A stretch of DNA of 27,187 bases from Myxococcota bacterium. GTDB lineage: Bacteria > Myxococcota_A > UBA9160 > PR03. Positions within the stretch are counted from its first letter, which is position 1. Each line of letters starts with the position of its first letter. The notes under the pieces are model-generated. The model was not told the DNA's origin. It saw only the letters and a list, made by a program, of their open reading frames with translations, and made no database searches. Shown here one piece after another: positions 1 through 8,649 of the stretch. Location: positions 1 to 27,187 of the forward strand of contig JBFIML010000052.1 of the NCBI GenBank assembly GCA_041611735.1, in the 5' to 3' direction. A program made the position numbers and the translations under genes.

Positions 1-1
1 C

Positions 2-616
2 GAGGGCCGCTGCAACGAGATCCGCAAGCAGGTCGACGAGACCACGTCCGACTACGATCGGGAGAAGCTCCAGGAGCGGCTGGCGAAGCTCGTGGGCGGC
101 GTCGCGGTGATCAAGGTGGGTGCCGCCACCGAGACCGAGATGAAGGAGCGCAAGGCCCGGGTCGAGGACGCGCTGCACGCGACCCGCGCCGCGGTGGAGG
201 AGGGCATCGTGCCCGGCGGCGGGGTGGCCCTGCTGCGGGCCCAGAAGTCCCTCGAGAGCCTCGAAGGCGAGATCAACGAAGAGCAGCGGGCGGGGCTGAA
301 CATCGTGCGACGCGCGATCGAGGAGCCGCTGCGCATGATCGCCCAGAACGCCGGGATCGACGGCTCCATCGTGGTGGAGAAGGTCAAGAACGGCAAGGGC
401 GCCTTCGGCTTCAATGCCCAGACCGAGGAGTACGAGGACCTGATGAAGTCGGGGGTGATCGACCCGACCAAGGTGGTGCGCACGGCGCTGCAGAACGCGG
501 CCAGCGTGGCGTCGCTGCTGCTCACCACCGAGGCGATGGTCGCCGACAAGCCCGAGGAGAAGAAGGAAGGCGGCGGGCCCGGTGGCATGCCGGGCGGCAT
601 GCCGGGGATGATGTAG
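2..616 (+). CDS. groEL: Chaperonin GroEL, 3' part (5' end outside the window)
   Basis: The frame is open from base 2: [77 protein letters not shown], and a GGM-repeat tail. Confidence 0.99.
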   Translation, partial: EGRCNEIRKQVDETTSDYDREKLQERLAKLVGGVAVIKVGAATETEMKERKARVEDALHATRAAVEEGIVPGGGVALLRAQKSLESLEGEINEEQRAGLNIVRRAIEEPLRMIAQNAGIDGSIVVEKVKNGKGAFGFNAQTEEYEDLMKSGVIDPTKVVRTALQNAASVASLLLTTEAMVADKPEEKKEGGGPGGMPGGMPGMM

Positions 617-638
617 GGAGCCTGCTCGGGTCTCGAGC

Positions 639-676
639 GCGGGTCTTGAGCGCCCCCAGGGGCGCTCAAGACCCGC
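639..676. terminator. GC-rich hairpin after groEL (probable terminator or mRNA-stabilising stem)
   Basis: Perfect 18-bp inverted repeat GCGGGTCTTGAGCGCCCC (639-656) / GGGGCGCTCAAGACCCGC (659-676), starting 22 nt after the groEL stop. There is no U-tract. Confidence 0.6.
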
Positions 677-702
677 CTCGGGGCCACCGAAGACGACGGG
701 GC

Positions 703-2037
703 GTGAGTGCGCTGCTTCGTCTTTCCGCCATGGGCCTGCATCCCGAGCCGCTCCCGAACGGCCGCGGGGCGCTGGTCACCCTCCCCTTCGGTCCGGCGCC
801 GCTTCCCACCCTGGGCCGCCCGCGTCGTCTCGAGGCCGTCCGCTTCGCCACGGTCGGGACCGACCGGATCAAGTGTCTGGCGCCGCGGGTGCTCTTCTAC
901 CTGCCGCTGATTCCGATCACGGACTGCGAGACGCGCGAGGACCTGGAGGCGCGCATCCGGGACGCGTGGCGTGCGCGGCTCGACGCCTTGCGCCGCGCCC
1001 GCGGCTGGCTCGAAGGCCTGGGGGTCGAGGCGCAGGCTCCGAACGACACCCCGCAATGGACCTTTCCGCTACCGATCGGCGACGGCTCGGGCCTGGCCAG
1101 CTGCACGGAGCCCGGGAAGGTGGTGCTGCCCTCCGTGGGCGCCCTGGCGGGCGTGGCCCTGGAGGACCCCAAGGACCGCACCCTGACCGTGGATCGGACC
1201 CTCGCCTCCGCCGTCGATCTCGAGATCGCCATCACCAACCAGATCGAGTCCCTGGGCCGGGCCCACGCGGAGCGGGAGGCACGCCGCCGCCAGCGCGGTC
1301 TGCTGCTGGACCCGCCGCCCACAGCGGCCGAACGCCAACACCTGCCGCCCGTGCTCCTGCTGGGACCTGGCCTGGAGGCGCAGCAGACGCTGCACGAGTC
1401 GCTGCGCTTGCGCGGCTTCCGGGTCTCCGCGGTGCGCTCGATCCAGGAGGCCGTGGAGGCCTTCCAGGAGGCGTCCTACGAGCTGGTGCTCGCGGAGGCG
1501 AGCCTCGACCGGGGAGACGGCATCGAGACGATCCCGGCCATCCGCGGCCTGCCGGGCATGGCCCGGGTGCCGGTGGTGATCGTGGACGACCGCTTCCGGC
1601 AGGCGCGGCGGGAGACGGCGCGCGAAGCGGGGGCGAGCGGCTACCTGACCCAGCCCCTGGACGTGGGGCGGCTGGCCCCGACGCTCACGCGCCTGGTGAC
1701 CCGACCCCGGCACCGCCGCTTCACGCGCTATGCGCGTCCCCTGGCGGTGTGCTGGCGGGGAACCCGGGACGGGGAGGTCGCCGCCGTGGTGGGACGGGGC
1801 GGGATGTTCGTGCGCACGGAGCACCCCTTCCCGCAGAACGCCTGCGAGCGCTTCGAGCTGTACCTGCCGGATTTCGGCCAGGGGGTCGCCGTGGAATCGG
1901 AGATCGTCTACCGGCTCGCCGGCGGCGCGACGAGCCCCGCGGGCGTGGGCATCCGCTTCCGGGGCTTCCCGGACGGAGGGGAGTCGCTGTGGATCGCCTG
2001 GCTGCGCAGCCTCGAGCCGGCCGGGACGACCGGCTGA
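703..2037 (+). CDS. Signalling protein: uncharacterised N-terminal region, atypical receiver (REC) domain, C-terminal PilZ-like domain
   Basis: REC-like segment GFRVSAVRSIQEAVEAFQEASYELVLAEASLDRGDGIE...VPVVIV...EAGASGYLTQPLD. PilZ-like segment RRFTR...GRGGMFVRT...AGVGIRF. The start is uncertain (GTG 703 or ATG 730); the ORF-track start at 646 lies inside the hairpin. Confidence 0.8.
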   Translation: MSALLRLSAMGLHPEPLPNGRGALVTLPFGPAPLPTLGRPRRLEAVRFATVGTDRIKCLAPRVLFYLPLIPITDCETREDLEARIRDAWRARLDALRRARGWLEGLGVEAQAPNDTPQWTFPLPIGDGSGLASCTEPGKVVLPSVGALAGVALEDPKDRTLTVDRTLASAVDLEIAITNQIESLGRAHAEREARRRQRGLLLDPPPTAAERQHLPPVLLLGPGLEAQQTLHESLRLRGFRVSAVRSIQEAVEAFQEASYELVLAEASLDRGDGIETIPAIRGLPGMARVPVVIVDDRFRQARRETAREAGASGYLTQPLDVGRLAPTLTRLVTRPRHRRFTRYARPLAVCWRGTRDGEVAAVVGRGGMFVRTEHPFPQNACERFELYLPDFGQGVAVESEIVYRLAGGATSPAGVGIRFRGFPDGGESLWIAWLRSLEPAGTTG

Positions 2038-2057
2038 AGCCCCTCCGGGCTACGGGC

Positions 2058-2279
2058 CTACATGCCCCCGTCGAGCTTGGACCGCGCCCGGGCGATGTCC
2101 TGGTCCATGACGGTCTTGCGCTTGTCGGCGGCGGCCGAGGCCTGGGCCTCCCGGGCCAGCCGGGCGATATAACCCTCCGCCGCCTCCACGGCCTTCTCGA
2201 GCGCGCTGCCGGAAACACGCAGACCGCCGCCGTGCTTGGCGAGAAGCCGCTTGATCACCGCGTTGGGAAGTTCCCCCAT
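2058..2279 (-). CDS. Histone-fold protein (archaeal HMf-like; NFYB/HMF family)
   Basis: 73 aa, MGELPNAVIKRLL...LRVS...AREA...KRKTVMDQDIARA, aligning by eye to HMfA/HMfB (MGELPIAPIGRII...ERVS...GRKTIKAEDIELA). SD GGAGGG lies 6 nt upstream of the ATG. Confidence 0.92.
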   Translation of the reverse strand: MGELPNAVIKRLLAKHGGGLRVSGSALEKAVEAAEGYIARLAREAQASAAADKRKTVMDQDIARARSKLDGGM

Positions 2280-2309
2280 CGATATCCCTCCAGGGAGCGC
2301 AGGGCGCTC

Positions 2310-2339
2310 ATGCTAGGTGGCAGACCGGAGCCTTGTCAA
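2310..2339 (-). promoter_or_regulatory. Putative sigma70 promoter of the histone gene
   Basis: On the - strand: TTGACA (2339-2334), 18 nt, TAGCAT (2315-2310), ending 30 nt upstream of the ATG. The -35 box overlaps the larC stop codon. Confidence 0.7.
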
Positions 2340-3550
2340 CGCGGAGTCTGCCGCCGGGCAGCCTCCTCGGCCAGCCGCACGATCTCCCGCAGCGGGATTC
2401 CCGCGCGACGCGCCAGCCGCTTGCAGTCGTCGTACTCGGCGGAGGCGCTGACCCCGCCCTGCGGGTCGCGGACGAGCTTGACCCGGACCGGCCCGTGGCG
2501 GGTCGCGACCCGGCGCACCTGGCGGTGGAGCACCAGGCGGTCGCACTCCTGGACCCGGACCCCGAGCGTGGTGGACTCGGCGAACAGCACGCGCGCCACG
2601 GCCAGCCGCTCCGACGGGCGCGCCAGCACGCGCAGGCCGAAGCCCGGCCGGCTCTTCTTCATCTGCAGGTGCTGGAGCGTCACGTCCAGGGCGCCGGCTT
2701 CGAACAGGCGCTCCATCAGGTACTCGAAGTGCTCCGGCACGAGGTCGTCGAGGTTCGTCTCCAGGCACACGACCCGGTCCGCCGAGAGGCCGTCGGCACG
2801 ACCGAGCACGGCGCGCAGCACGTTCGGGAGCACGCCGGGGCGGTCGTCGCCGGCGCCGTGACCCACCGCCTCCACCCGCAGCGCCGGCAGCGGGCGGAAC
2901 TCGTCCACCAGCGTGCGCGCCAGGGCCGCCCCGGTGGGCGTCACGGTCTCCCAGGCCACGTGGGCCGGCACCACCGGGACGCCGCGCAGGAGCTCGAGGG
3001 TGGCGGGGGCCGGGAGCGGCAGCGTGCCGTGCTCGGTCTCCACCTGACCGTGGCCCAGGGCCAGGGGCGAGCAGGTCAGACGGCGCACGCCGAGCCGACG
3101 CAGGCCCGCCACGCAGCCCACCACGTCCACCAGCGCGTCCACGGCCCCGACCTCGTGGAAGTGCACGCGCTCCACGCGGACCCCGTGCACGCGCGCCTCC
3201 GCCCGGGCCAGCCGCTCGAAGACGGCCAGGGCGCCGGCGCGCACCTCGTCGGCCAGGCGCGCACGCTGGAGCAGGCGGCGGATCTCGGCGAAGCTGCGGC
3301 CGTGCGAGTCGGGATGGCGAGGCACCTCCACCTGCACGTAGCGCGCCGCCAGCGGGCCGCGCCGCACCCGGCCCACGCGCAGGCGATGGCGCAGGCGGAG
3401 GCCCGCCAGGTCGGCCTGGAGCTCGCGCCGCGGCAGTCCGAGATCCAGCAGCGCGCCGAGCAGCATGTTGCCGGCGATGCCCGAGAAGGCGTCGAGATGC
3501 AGCACGCGCCCGGCCGCGCCGCTAGAGGCGGTTGATGAGCGTCGCGACAT
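2336..3550 (-). CDS. larC: Nickel-pincer cofactor biosynthesis protein LarC (nickel insertase)
   Basis: Motifs LHLDAFSGIAGNMLLGALLDLG, VHFHEVGAVDALVD, PAPATLELL, TPTGAA, ETNLDD, MKKSRPG, ESTTLGVR, AEYDDC. Confidence 0.95.
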   Translation of the reverse strand: MSRRSSTASSGAAGRVLHLDAFSGIAGNMLLGALLDLGLPRRELQADLAGLRLRHRLRVGRVRRGPLAARYVQVEVPRHPDSHGRSFAEIRRLLQRARLADEVRAGALAVFERLARAEARVHGVRVERVHFHEVGAVDALVDVVGCVAGLRRLGVRRLTCSPLALGHGQVETEHGTLPLPAPATLELLRGVPVVPAHVAWETVTPTGAALARTLVDEFRPLPALRVEAVGHGAGDDRPGVLPNVLRAVLGRADGLSADRVVCLETNLDDLVPEHFEYLMERLFEAGALDVTLQHLQMKKSRPGFGLRVLARPSERLAVARVLFAESTTLGVRVQECDRLVLHRQVRRVATRHGPVRVKLVRDPQGGVSASAEYDDCKRLARRAGIPLREIVRLAEEAARRQTPR

Positions 3551-4271
3551 GGGCCGCCCCGAAACCGTTGTCGATGTTCACCACGGTCACGTTCGAGGCG
3601 CAGCTCGTGAGCATGCCGAGCAGGGCGGCGACGCCCCCGAAGGAGGCGCCGTAGCCGACGCTCGTGGGGACGGCGATCACCGGCCGGGCCACCAGCCCGC
3701 CCACCACCGAGGGCAGCGCCCCCTCCATGCCGGCCACCACGATCAGCACGCGGGCGGAGCGCAGCAGCTCGTTCGAGTGGAGCAGCCGGTGCAGACCCGC
3801 CACGCCCACGTCCTGGAGCAGCTCGACCTTGTTGCCGAAGCGGCGCGCCACCCCCACCGCCTCGGCGGCCACCGGCAGGTCCGAGGTGCCCGCCGAGACC
3901 ACCACGATCAAGCCCTTGCCGAGGGTGGGCACCTCGCTGGGCCCGTACCAGAGCAGGCGGCCGGCGGGGTCGTAGTCGCCCTCGGGCAGGCGGGCCAGCA
4001 CGTCCCGGGCCAGGTCGGCCGGCACGCGGGTCACCAGCACGGGCAGGCCCGCCCCGCGCTGGGCCACGATCCCCTCGGCGATCTGCTCGGGAGTCTTGCC
4101 GGGCCCGAAGACCACCTCGGGCAGGCCCTGGCGCAGGGCGCGGTGGGTGTCGATGCGCGCGGCGGAGGTCTCGACGAAGGGCAGGCGCGCCAGCCGCTCG
4201 AGCGCCTCGTCGAGGTCGAGCTGGCCGCGTCGCACTTCGTCGAGCAGCTCGCGCAGGCGTTCCCGGTCCAC
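3522..4271 (-). CDS. larB: Nickel-pincer cofactor biosynthesis protein LarB (PurE-like carboxylase)
   Basis: Motifs [80 protein letters not shown] precedes the GTG. Confidence 0.96.
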   Translation of the reverse strand: MDRERLRELLDEVRRGQLDLDEALERLARLPFVETSAARIDTHRALRQGLPEVVFGPGKTPEQIAEGIVAQRGAGLPVLVTRVPADLARDVLARLPEGDYDPAGRLLWYGPSEVPTLGKGLIVVVSAGTSDLPVAAEAVGVARRFGNKVELLQDVGVAGLHRLLHSNELLRSARVLIVVAGMEGALPSVVGGLVARPVIAVPTSVGYGASFGGVAALLGMLTSCASNVTVVNIDNGFGAAHVATLINRL

Positions 4272-4295
4272 GCGCTCCTCCCGGAGCGCACGGTA

Positions 4296-4823
4296 TCAGA
4301 CCGACGGCTCGGGGTCGGGCGTCCAGACCAGGAGCCCCTGCAGCGTCCCGGCCGCGTCCACCAGCGGCGTCTCGATGCGCAGGGGCCCGGGCCGCCGCGT
4401 GGCGCAGCGCTCGACCTGCGGCACCGACGGCACCACGCGGGCCGCCAGGGTGTCCGCCAGGGCGGAGAGGGCGTGGGAGGCCAGGATGTTGCCGGCCTCG
4501 CCGAGAGCCGACTCCACCTGCTCCGGCGCCGACTCCGACTCCGGGGTCCCCAGCAGGCGCGCGAGCAGCGACGCCCGGGCGCTGTCCGGGAAGAGCACCG
4601 CCAGGCTGCCGCCGAAGCCGCCTTCCACCCGGAACAGCACCCCGGTGGCGTCGGGCTCCGGCGCAGCGGGCTCCGGGGCCCGGGTCGGAGCCTCGCTCAG
4701 ACGCGGCACCTGCATGCGGATCGTCCGGCCCAGCAGCACCGCCAGGGCGCCGGCCGCATGGCCTGCCCCGATGTTGGCCAGCTCCGCCCAGCGGTCGAGT
4801 TCTCGGGGAGAGTGGTGGCTCAT
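4296..4823 (-). CDS. cheC: CheC-family phosphatase (DifG-like)
   Basis: Two ExxN motifs ([14 protein letters not shown] and [14 protein letters not shown]); ATGA overlap with the cheA stop. Confidence 0.88.
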   Translation of the reverse strand: MSHHSPRELDRWAELANIGAGHAAGALAVLLGRTIRMQVPRLSEAPTRAPEPAAPEPDATGVLFRVEGGFGGSLAVLFPDSARASLLARLLGTPESESAPEQVESALGEAGNILASHALSALADTLAARVVPSVPQVERCATRRPGPLRIETPLVDAAGTLQGLLVWTPDPEPSV

Positions 4824-5956
4824 GGCAGCTGGCCGAGCTCCACCACGAAGACCGGCCGGCCATCGCCGAGCAGCGTCAGGCCGGCGATGCCGCGCAGGCG
4901 GGCCAGCAGCGCCGGGAGCGGCTTCACGTAGATCTCCTGCTGGCCGGCCAGGCGCTCCACGCGCAGCGCCACCCGCTGGCCGCGGATCTCGGCCAGCAGC
5001 AGCGGGCAGGCAGGCCCGCTGGCCGGCACCTCGCCCCAGCCGAGACGCTCGGCCAGGTCGAGCACCAGCACCGGCTCGCCGTCCAGGGAGACGAAGCTCT
5101 CCCCCCCGCTGCGCTCGATGGCGTCGGGTCCCACCTCCACGATGCGCTCCACCTTGGCGATGGGAACCGCCACCAGCTCCTGGCCGATCCCGACCAGCAG
5201 CACGCTCTGCACCGCAGCGGAGATCGGCACCACGAGCGTGGTGGTGGTTCCCTCGCCCCGGCGCGACACCAGCTCCACCTGGCCGCCGAGCGCCTCGATG
5301 GTGGCCCGCACCGCGTCCATGCCCACGCCGCGGCCCGAGATCTCCGAGACCCCCTCTGCAGTGGAGAGGCCGGGGCGGAACACGAAGGCCGCCACCTCGT
5401 CGGGCGGCAGGTCCTCGGCCAGGTCCGGGTGGAGGAACTTCTCCGCCACGGCGCGCGCGCGCACCGCCTCCACGTCGATGCCGGCGCCGTCGTCGCGCAC
5501 GGCGATGCGGATCACCTCGCGGTCCCGCATGGCCGCGATCTCGAGCCGGCCCGCCTCGGGCTTGCCCGCGGCGCGGCGGCGGTCCGGGGTCTCGACGCCG
5601 TGATCGACCGCGTTGCGCACGAGGTGCACCAGGGGGTCGTAGAGGCGGTCGAGGATGGCGCGGTCCAGCTCGAGCTCGACGCCGCGCAGCTCCACCTGCA
5701 CGCGCTTGCCGCCGCGCAGGGCCACGTCGCGGGCCACGCGGGGGAGGTTCTCCATCACGCGCAACAGGCGCGTGGTGCGCAGGCCCAGGGCGCGGCGCTG
5801 CAGGTCGCCCACCACCCGGTCCATGCGGTCGAAGCCGCGCGTGAGCCGCGCCGAGCGGCCCGTGGCGTCGGCGGCGGTGCGAAGCTGGCTGGTGGCCAGC
5901 ATCACCTCGCCCACCGCCGAGAGGAAGCGGTCGATGGACTCGGTGCGCACGCGCAC
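4820..5956 (-). CDS. cheA: CheA C-terminal part (P3 dimerisation, HATPase, CheW-like P5); the frame is open back to the A9 run at 6019-6027
   Basis: [73 protein letters not shown]. No Hpt domain in this frame. Confidence 0.93.
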   Translation of the reverse strand: MRVRTESIDRFLSAVGEVMLATSQLRTAADATGRSARLTRGFDRMDRVVGDLQRRALGLRTTRLLRVMENLPRVARDVALRGGKRVQVELRGVELELDRAILDRLYDPLVHLVRNAVDHGVETPDRRRAAGKPEAGRLEIAAMRDREVIRIAVRDDGAGIDVEAVRARAVAEKFLHPDLAEDLPPDEVAAFVFRPGLSTAEGVSEISGRGVGMDAVRATIEALGGQVELVSRRGEGTTTTLVVPISAAVQSVLLVGIGQELVAVPIAKVERIVEVGPDAIERSGGESFVSLDGEPVLVLDLAERLGWGEVPASGPACPLLLAEIRGQRVALRVERLAGQQEIYVKPLPALLARLRGIAGLTLLGDGRPVFVVELGQLP

Positions 5957-6000
5957 CGAGGGCGGCGGAGGCGGCGCCGCCGGTCTGGCGGGAGCCGCCC

Positions 6001-6417
6001 CTACCGGAGCGTCGGGGCTTTTTTTTTCGGTTCTCGGGCGGGGGCGGGCGCCACCGCCAGGGCGCGCACGAGCGCCGGGTCGGCGGACGGCGGGGCTCCG
6101 CTGGCGCGCACGGCGCCGATCAGGCGCTCGAGCTCCTCCAGAGCGCGGAACCAGAGCGGCAGCTCCTCGGGCTCCCCGATCCCGCCGGTGCTGCGGCAGC
6201 GGCCGATGCGGTCCTCGAGCCGGTGGGCCACCTCGGTGATCGGGTCGTACTCCAGGGAGCCGGCCATGCCCTTGATGGAGTGGGCCATGCGGAACAGCAG
6301 CTCGAGCGGCTCGGCGGCGCTCGGATCCTTCTCGAGCGCGAGCAGCGCCCGGCTCATCTCGGCCAGGTGCTCGCCCGCCTCTTCGAGGAACAGGCTGCGG
6401 TACTTGGCGACGTCCAA
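6001..6417 (-). CDS. cheA: CheA N-terminal Hpt (P1) domain as a separate 138-aa ORF
   Basis: [18 protein letters not shown]...[15 protein letters not shown]...AHRLED. TTG start. It ends [13 protein letters not shown] just after the A9 run. Confidence 0.9.
   Translation of the reverse strand: MDVAKYRSLFLEEAGEHLAEMSRALLALEKDPSAAEPLELLFRMAHSIKGMAGSLEYDPITEVAHRLEDRIGRCRSTGGIGEPEELPLWFRALEELERLIGAVRASGAPPSADPALVRALAVAPAPAREPKKKAPTLR
6019..6027 (-). other. A9 homopolymer at the cheA frame junction (candidate slippery site)
   Basis: The - strand reads CCG AAA AAA AAA GCC CCG ACG CTC CGG TAG. A -1 shift (or one extra A) gives [31 protein letters not shown], continuous with the kinase frame. Confidence 0.75.
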
Positions 6418-6421
6418 CGGC

Positions 6422-6823
6422 CTAGGACCGCCCCGTCACGGCCTTGCGCAGGGTGACCAGCACGCGGTCGGGCTTGAAGGGCTTCACGATGAAGTCGCAG
6501 GCCCCCGCCTCGAGCGCCTCGCTCACCAGGGACTCCTGGCCCAGGGCCGAGACCATGACCACGCGCGCCTGGGGATCCGTGGCGAGGATCTTGCGCACCG
6601 AGTCGAGACCCGAGCAGCGGGGCATCACGATGTCCATGGTGACCAGGTCCGGCTTCAGGTTCTGGAACGCCTCGACCGCCTCGACGCCGTCGGTGGCCTC
6701 GCCGATCACCTGGAAGCCTTCGGGCTCGATGATCTCCCGGATCATCTCGCGCATGAAGCGGGCGTCGTCCGCAACCAGCACACGAATCGCCGTCGTCATC
6801 GTCATCGTGTTCGTCATGGTCAT
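6422..6823 (-). CDS. cheY: CheY-like single-domain response regulator (DifD-like)
   Basis: [36 protein letters not shown]; the catalytic residues are intact. There are four in-frame ATGs (6823, 6817, 6805, 6799). Confidence 0.93.
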   Translation of the reverse strand: MTMTNTMTMTTAIRVLVADDARFMREMIREIIEPEGFQVIGEATDGVEAVEAFQNLKPDLVTMDIVMPRCSGLDSVRKILATDPQARVVMVSALGQESLVSEALEAGACDFIVKPFKPDRVLVTLRKAVTGRS

Positions 6824-6829
6824 CTTGGG

Positions 6830-7282
6830 CTATTGCTCCTGTGCCTCGATGGCGCGAAGCGCCTCGCGGATCACGCGCTCCGCGTCGAGGATCGCCACGA
6901 TGCGGCCCTCCACCTGGCGCCGCTCCACCACGAGGCCGGGGCCGGCCGCCTCCCGGGCGTGGCCGGCCACGATCCCGAGCACCCGGTCCACCGGGAGCCC
7001 GATCCGCTCGCTGCGGTGCTCGCCGCCCCCGATCACCAGCACGTGGGCCGGCTCTGCGAAGCCCGGCGTGGGCTCCTCGAACAGCACGCCGCGCGCCACC
7101 ACCGGCAGCGCGTCGCCGTGCAGGTTCATGACCGACGCCACCCGGCGCGGCAGCATGGGAATGCCGGCGGGCGGCCCGGGCTCGCTCACCTCGATGACCT
7201 GGGCGATGGGCAGGGCGTAGGCGGCGCTGCCCACCTCGAAGAGCACCAGGCGGTCCGTGGTCGCGTCGGCGGGAAAGCTCAC
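6830..7282 (-). CDS. cheW: CheW coupling protein (DifC-like)
   Basis: [44 protein letters not shown]; located between the MCP and CheY genes. Confidence 0.88.
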   Translation of the reverse strand: MSFPADATTDRLVLFEVGSAAYALPIAQVIEVSEPGPPAGIPMLPRRVASVMNLHGDALPVVARGVLFEEPTPGFAEPAHVLVIGGGEHRSERIGLPVDRVLGIVAGHAREAAGPGLVVERRQVEGRIVAILDAERVIREALRAIEAQEQ

Positions 7283-8649
7283 GCGCTCGGGCCCTCCTCC
7301 GGCGCCGCATCGGTGCGGAAGCGGCGCAACACGCCGCGCATCTTCTCGGCCAGGGCGGTGAGCGCCTGGGCGGAGGACACCGTCTCGGCCATGCCCTCGA
7401 ACTGCTGGCGGGCGGCCTCGGAGCCGTCGCGGGCGGCGGCGGCGTTGTCCGAGGCGAGCCGCGCGATCTCGTCCATGGAGGCCACCATGCGCTCGGCGTC
7501 GCGGGCCTGGGTGTCGGCGTCCTGGAAGATCTCCTCGGCCCGGGCCGAGGCCTCCCCCACCGCGGCGCGGATCTGCTCGAGGGAGTGGGCGATCGTGTTG
7601 ACGTCGTCGCGGCCCTCCCCGATCACCTGGCTCGACTCGCGCATCTCGTCGGCCACGTCGCGGGTGTCGGACTGGATCTGGTGGACCAGCTTCGAGATCT
7701 CCTCGGCGCTGCGGCCGGCGCTCTCGGCGAGCTTGCGGATCTCCTCGGCCACCACCGAGAAGCCGCGGCCGGCCTCGCCGGCCCGGGCCGCCTCGATGGA
7801 GGCGTTGAGCGAGAGCAGATTGGTGCGCTGGGCGACGCTGTGGATGATCTCGGTGATCTGGTGCACGTAGCGCGTCTTGGTCTCGAGCTCGAAGACCTTG
7901 TGGCCGGCCTGCTCGACGCGCTCGAACACGGTGCGCATCTTCTCGATGGCCAGGCGCGAGACGTCCACGCCCGAGTTGGCCTTCTGGTTCGCCTCCGCGG
8001 CGAAGCCGAAGGCCTCGCGGGCGCGGGAAGCGGTGACCTCCACCGCCTGGGCGATGTCGCGGATCAGCCCGTGGGTGCCCTGGAGCAGGTCCTGCTGGTG
8101 GGCGACGCCCTTGGCGACGCGCTCCACCGTGGCGGAGATCTCCTCGTTGCCACCCCGGGCACCCTCGGCGTGGCGCGAGAGGTCGCGGGCCGCCGCCGAG
8201 ACGCGATCGGCGGTGGTCTGCACGTGCTCCACGAGCTCGCGCAGGCTCGTCAACATGGCCTGTACGCTGCGCCCGAGGTCGTCGATCTCGTCGTGCAGGC
8301 GGTGGGGCGGGCCGCCGAAGCGGACGGTCAGGTCGCCCTGGCTGATGCGGTCCGTGGCGCTCTGCAGGGTGCGGAACTTCCAGGCCAGCTCCCGGGACAG
8401 GAAGAAGCCCAGGCCTCCGCCCACGCCCAGGGCCACGAAGGGCCAGACCCAGCCGGGGGCGGGCAGGCCGATGCGGGTCGCCACGGCCGGCAGGCCGAGC
8501 ACGATGGCCGCCACCAGCAGCGCCCCGAGGACGAAGCGATGGGAGAGGGAGAGCCGCACGCCCTTGGGTATCGGCCCGTGGAAGGGCGGCCTTGACGCGT
8601 CAGAAGTGGCGCCAGCCTCCGGCGTCCCGACGGGCGGCGTCGGCTCCAC
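7279..8649 (-). CDS. Methyl-accepting chemotaxis protein with two TM helices, almost no periplasmic domain and a HAMP domain (DifA-like)
   Basis: Hairpin-tip motif [49 protein letters not shown]...[13 protein letters not shown]; two adjacent hydrophobic helices. Start uncertain (8649 or 8559). Confidence 0.93.
   Translation of the reverse strand: MEPTPPVGTPEAGATSDASRPPFHGPIPKGVRLSLSHRFVLGALLVAAIVLGLPAVATRIGLPAPGWVWPFVALGVGGGLGFFLSRELAWKFRTLQSATDRISQGDLTVRFGGPPHRLHDEIDDLGRSVQAMLTSLRELVEHVQTTADRVSAAARDLSRHAEGARGGNEEISATVERVAKGVAHQQDLLQGTHGLIRDIAQAVEVTASRAREAFGFAAEANQKANSGVDVSRLAIEKMRTVFERVEQAGHKVFELETKTRYVHQITEIIHSVAQRTNLLSLNASIEAARAGEAGRGFSVVAEEIRKLAESAGRSAEEISKLVHQIQSDTRDVADEMRESSQVIGEGRDDVNTIAHSLEQIRAAVGEASARAEEIFQDADTQARDAERMVASMDEIARLASDNAAAARDGSEAARQQFEGMAETVSSAQALTALAEKMRGVLRRFRTDAAPEEGPSA

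Noticed and set aside
639-676. Inverted repeat next to groEL as a CIRCE operator
   Set aside because: It does not match TTAGCACTC-N9-GAGTGCTAA and lies downstream of the gene.
4820-6417. cheA as a decayed pseudogene
   Set aside because: There is only one frame break, at a homopolymer in the linker. All motifs and partner genes are intact, so recoding, phase variation or a sequencing error fits better.
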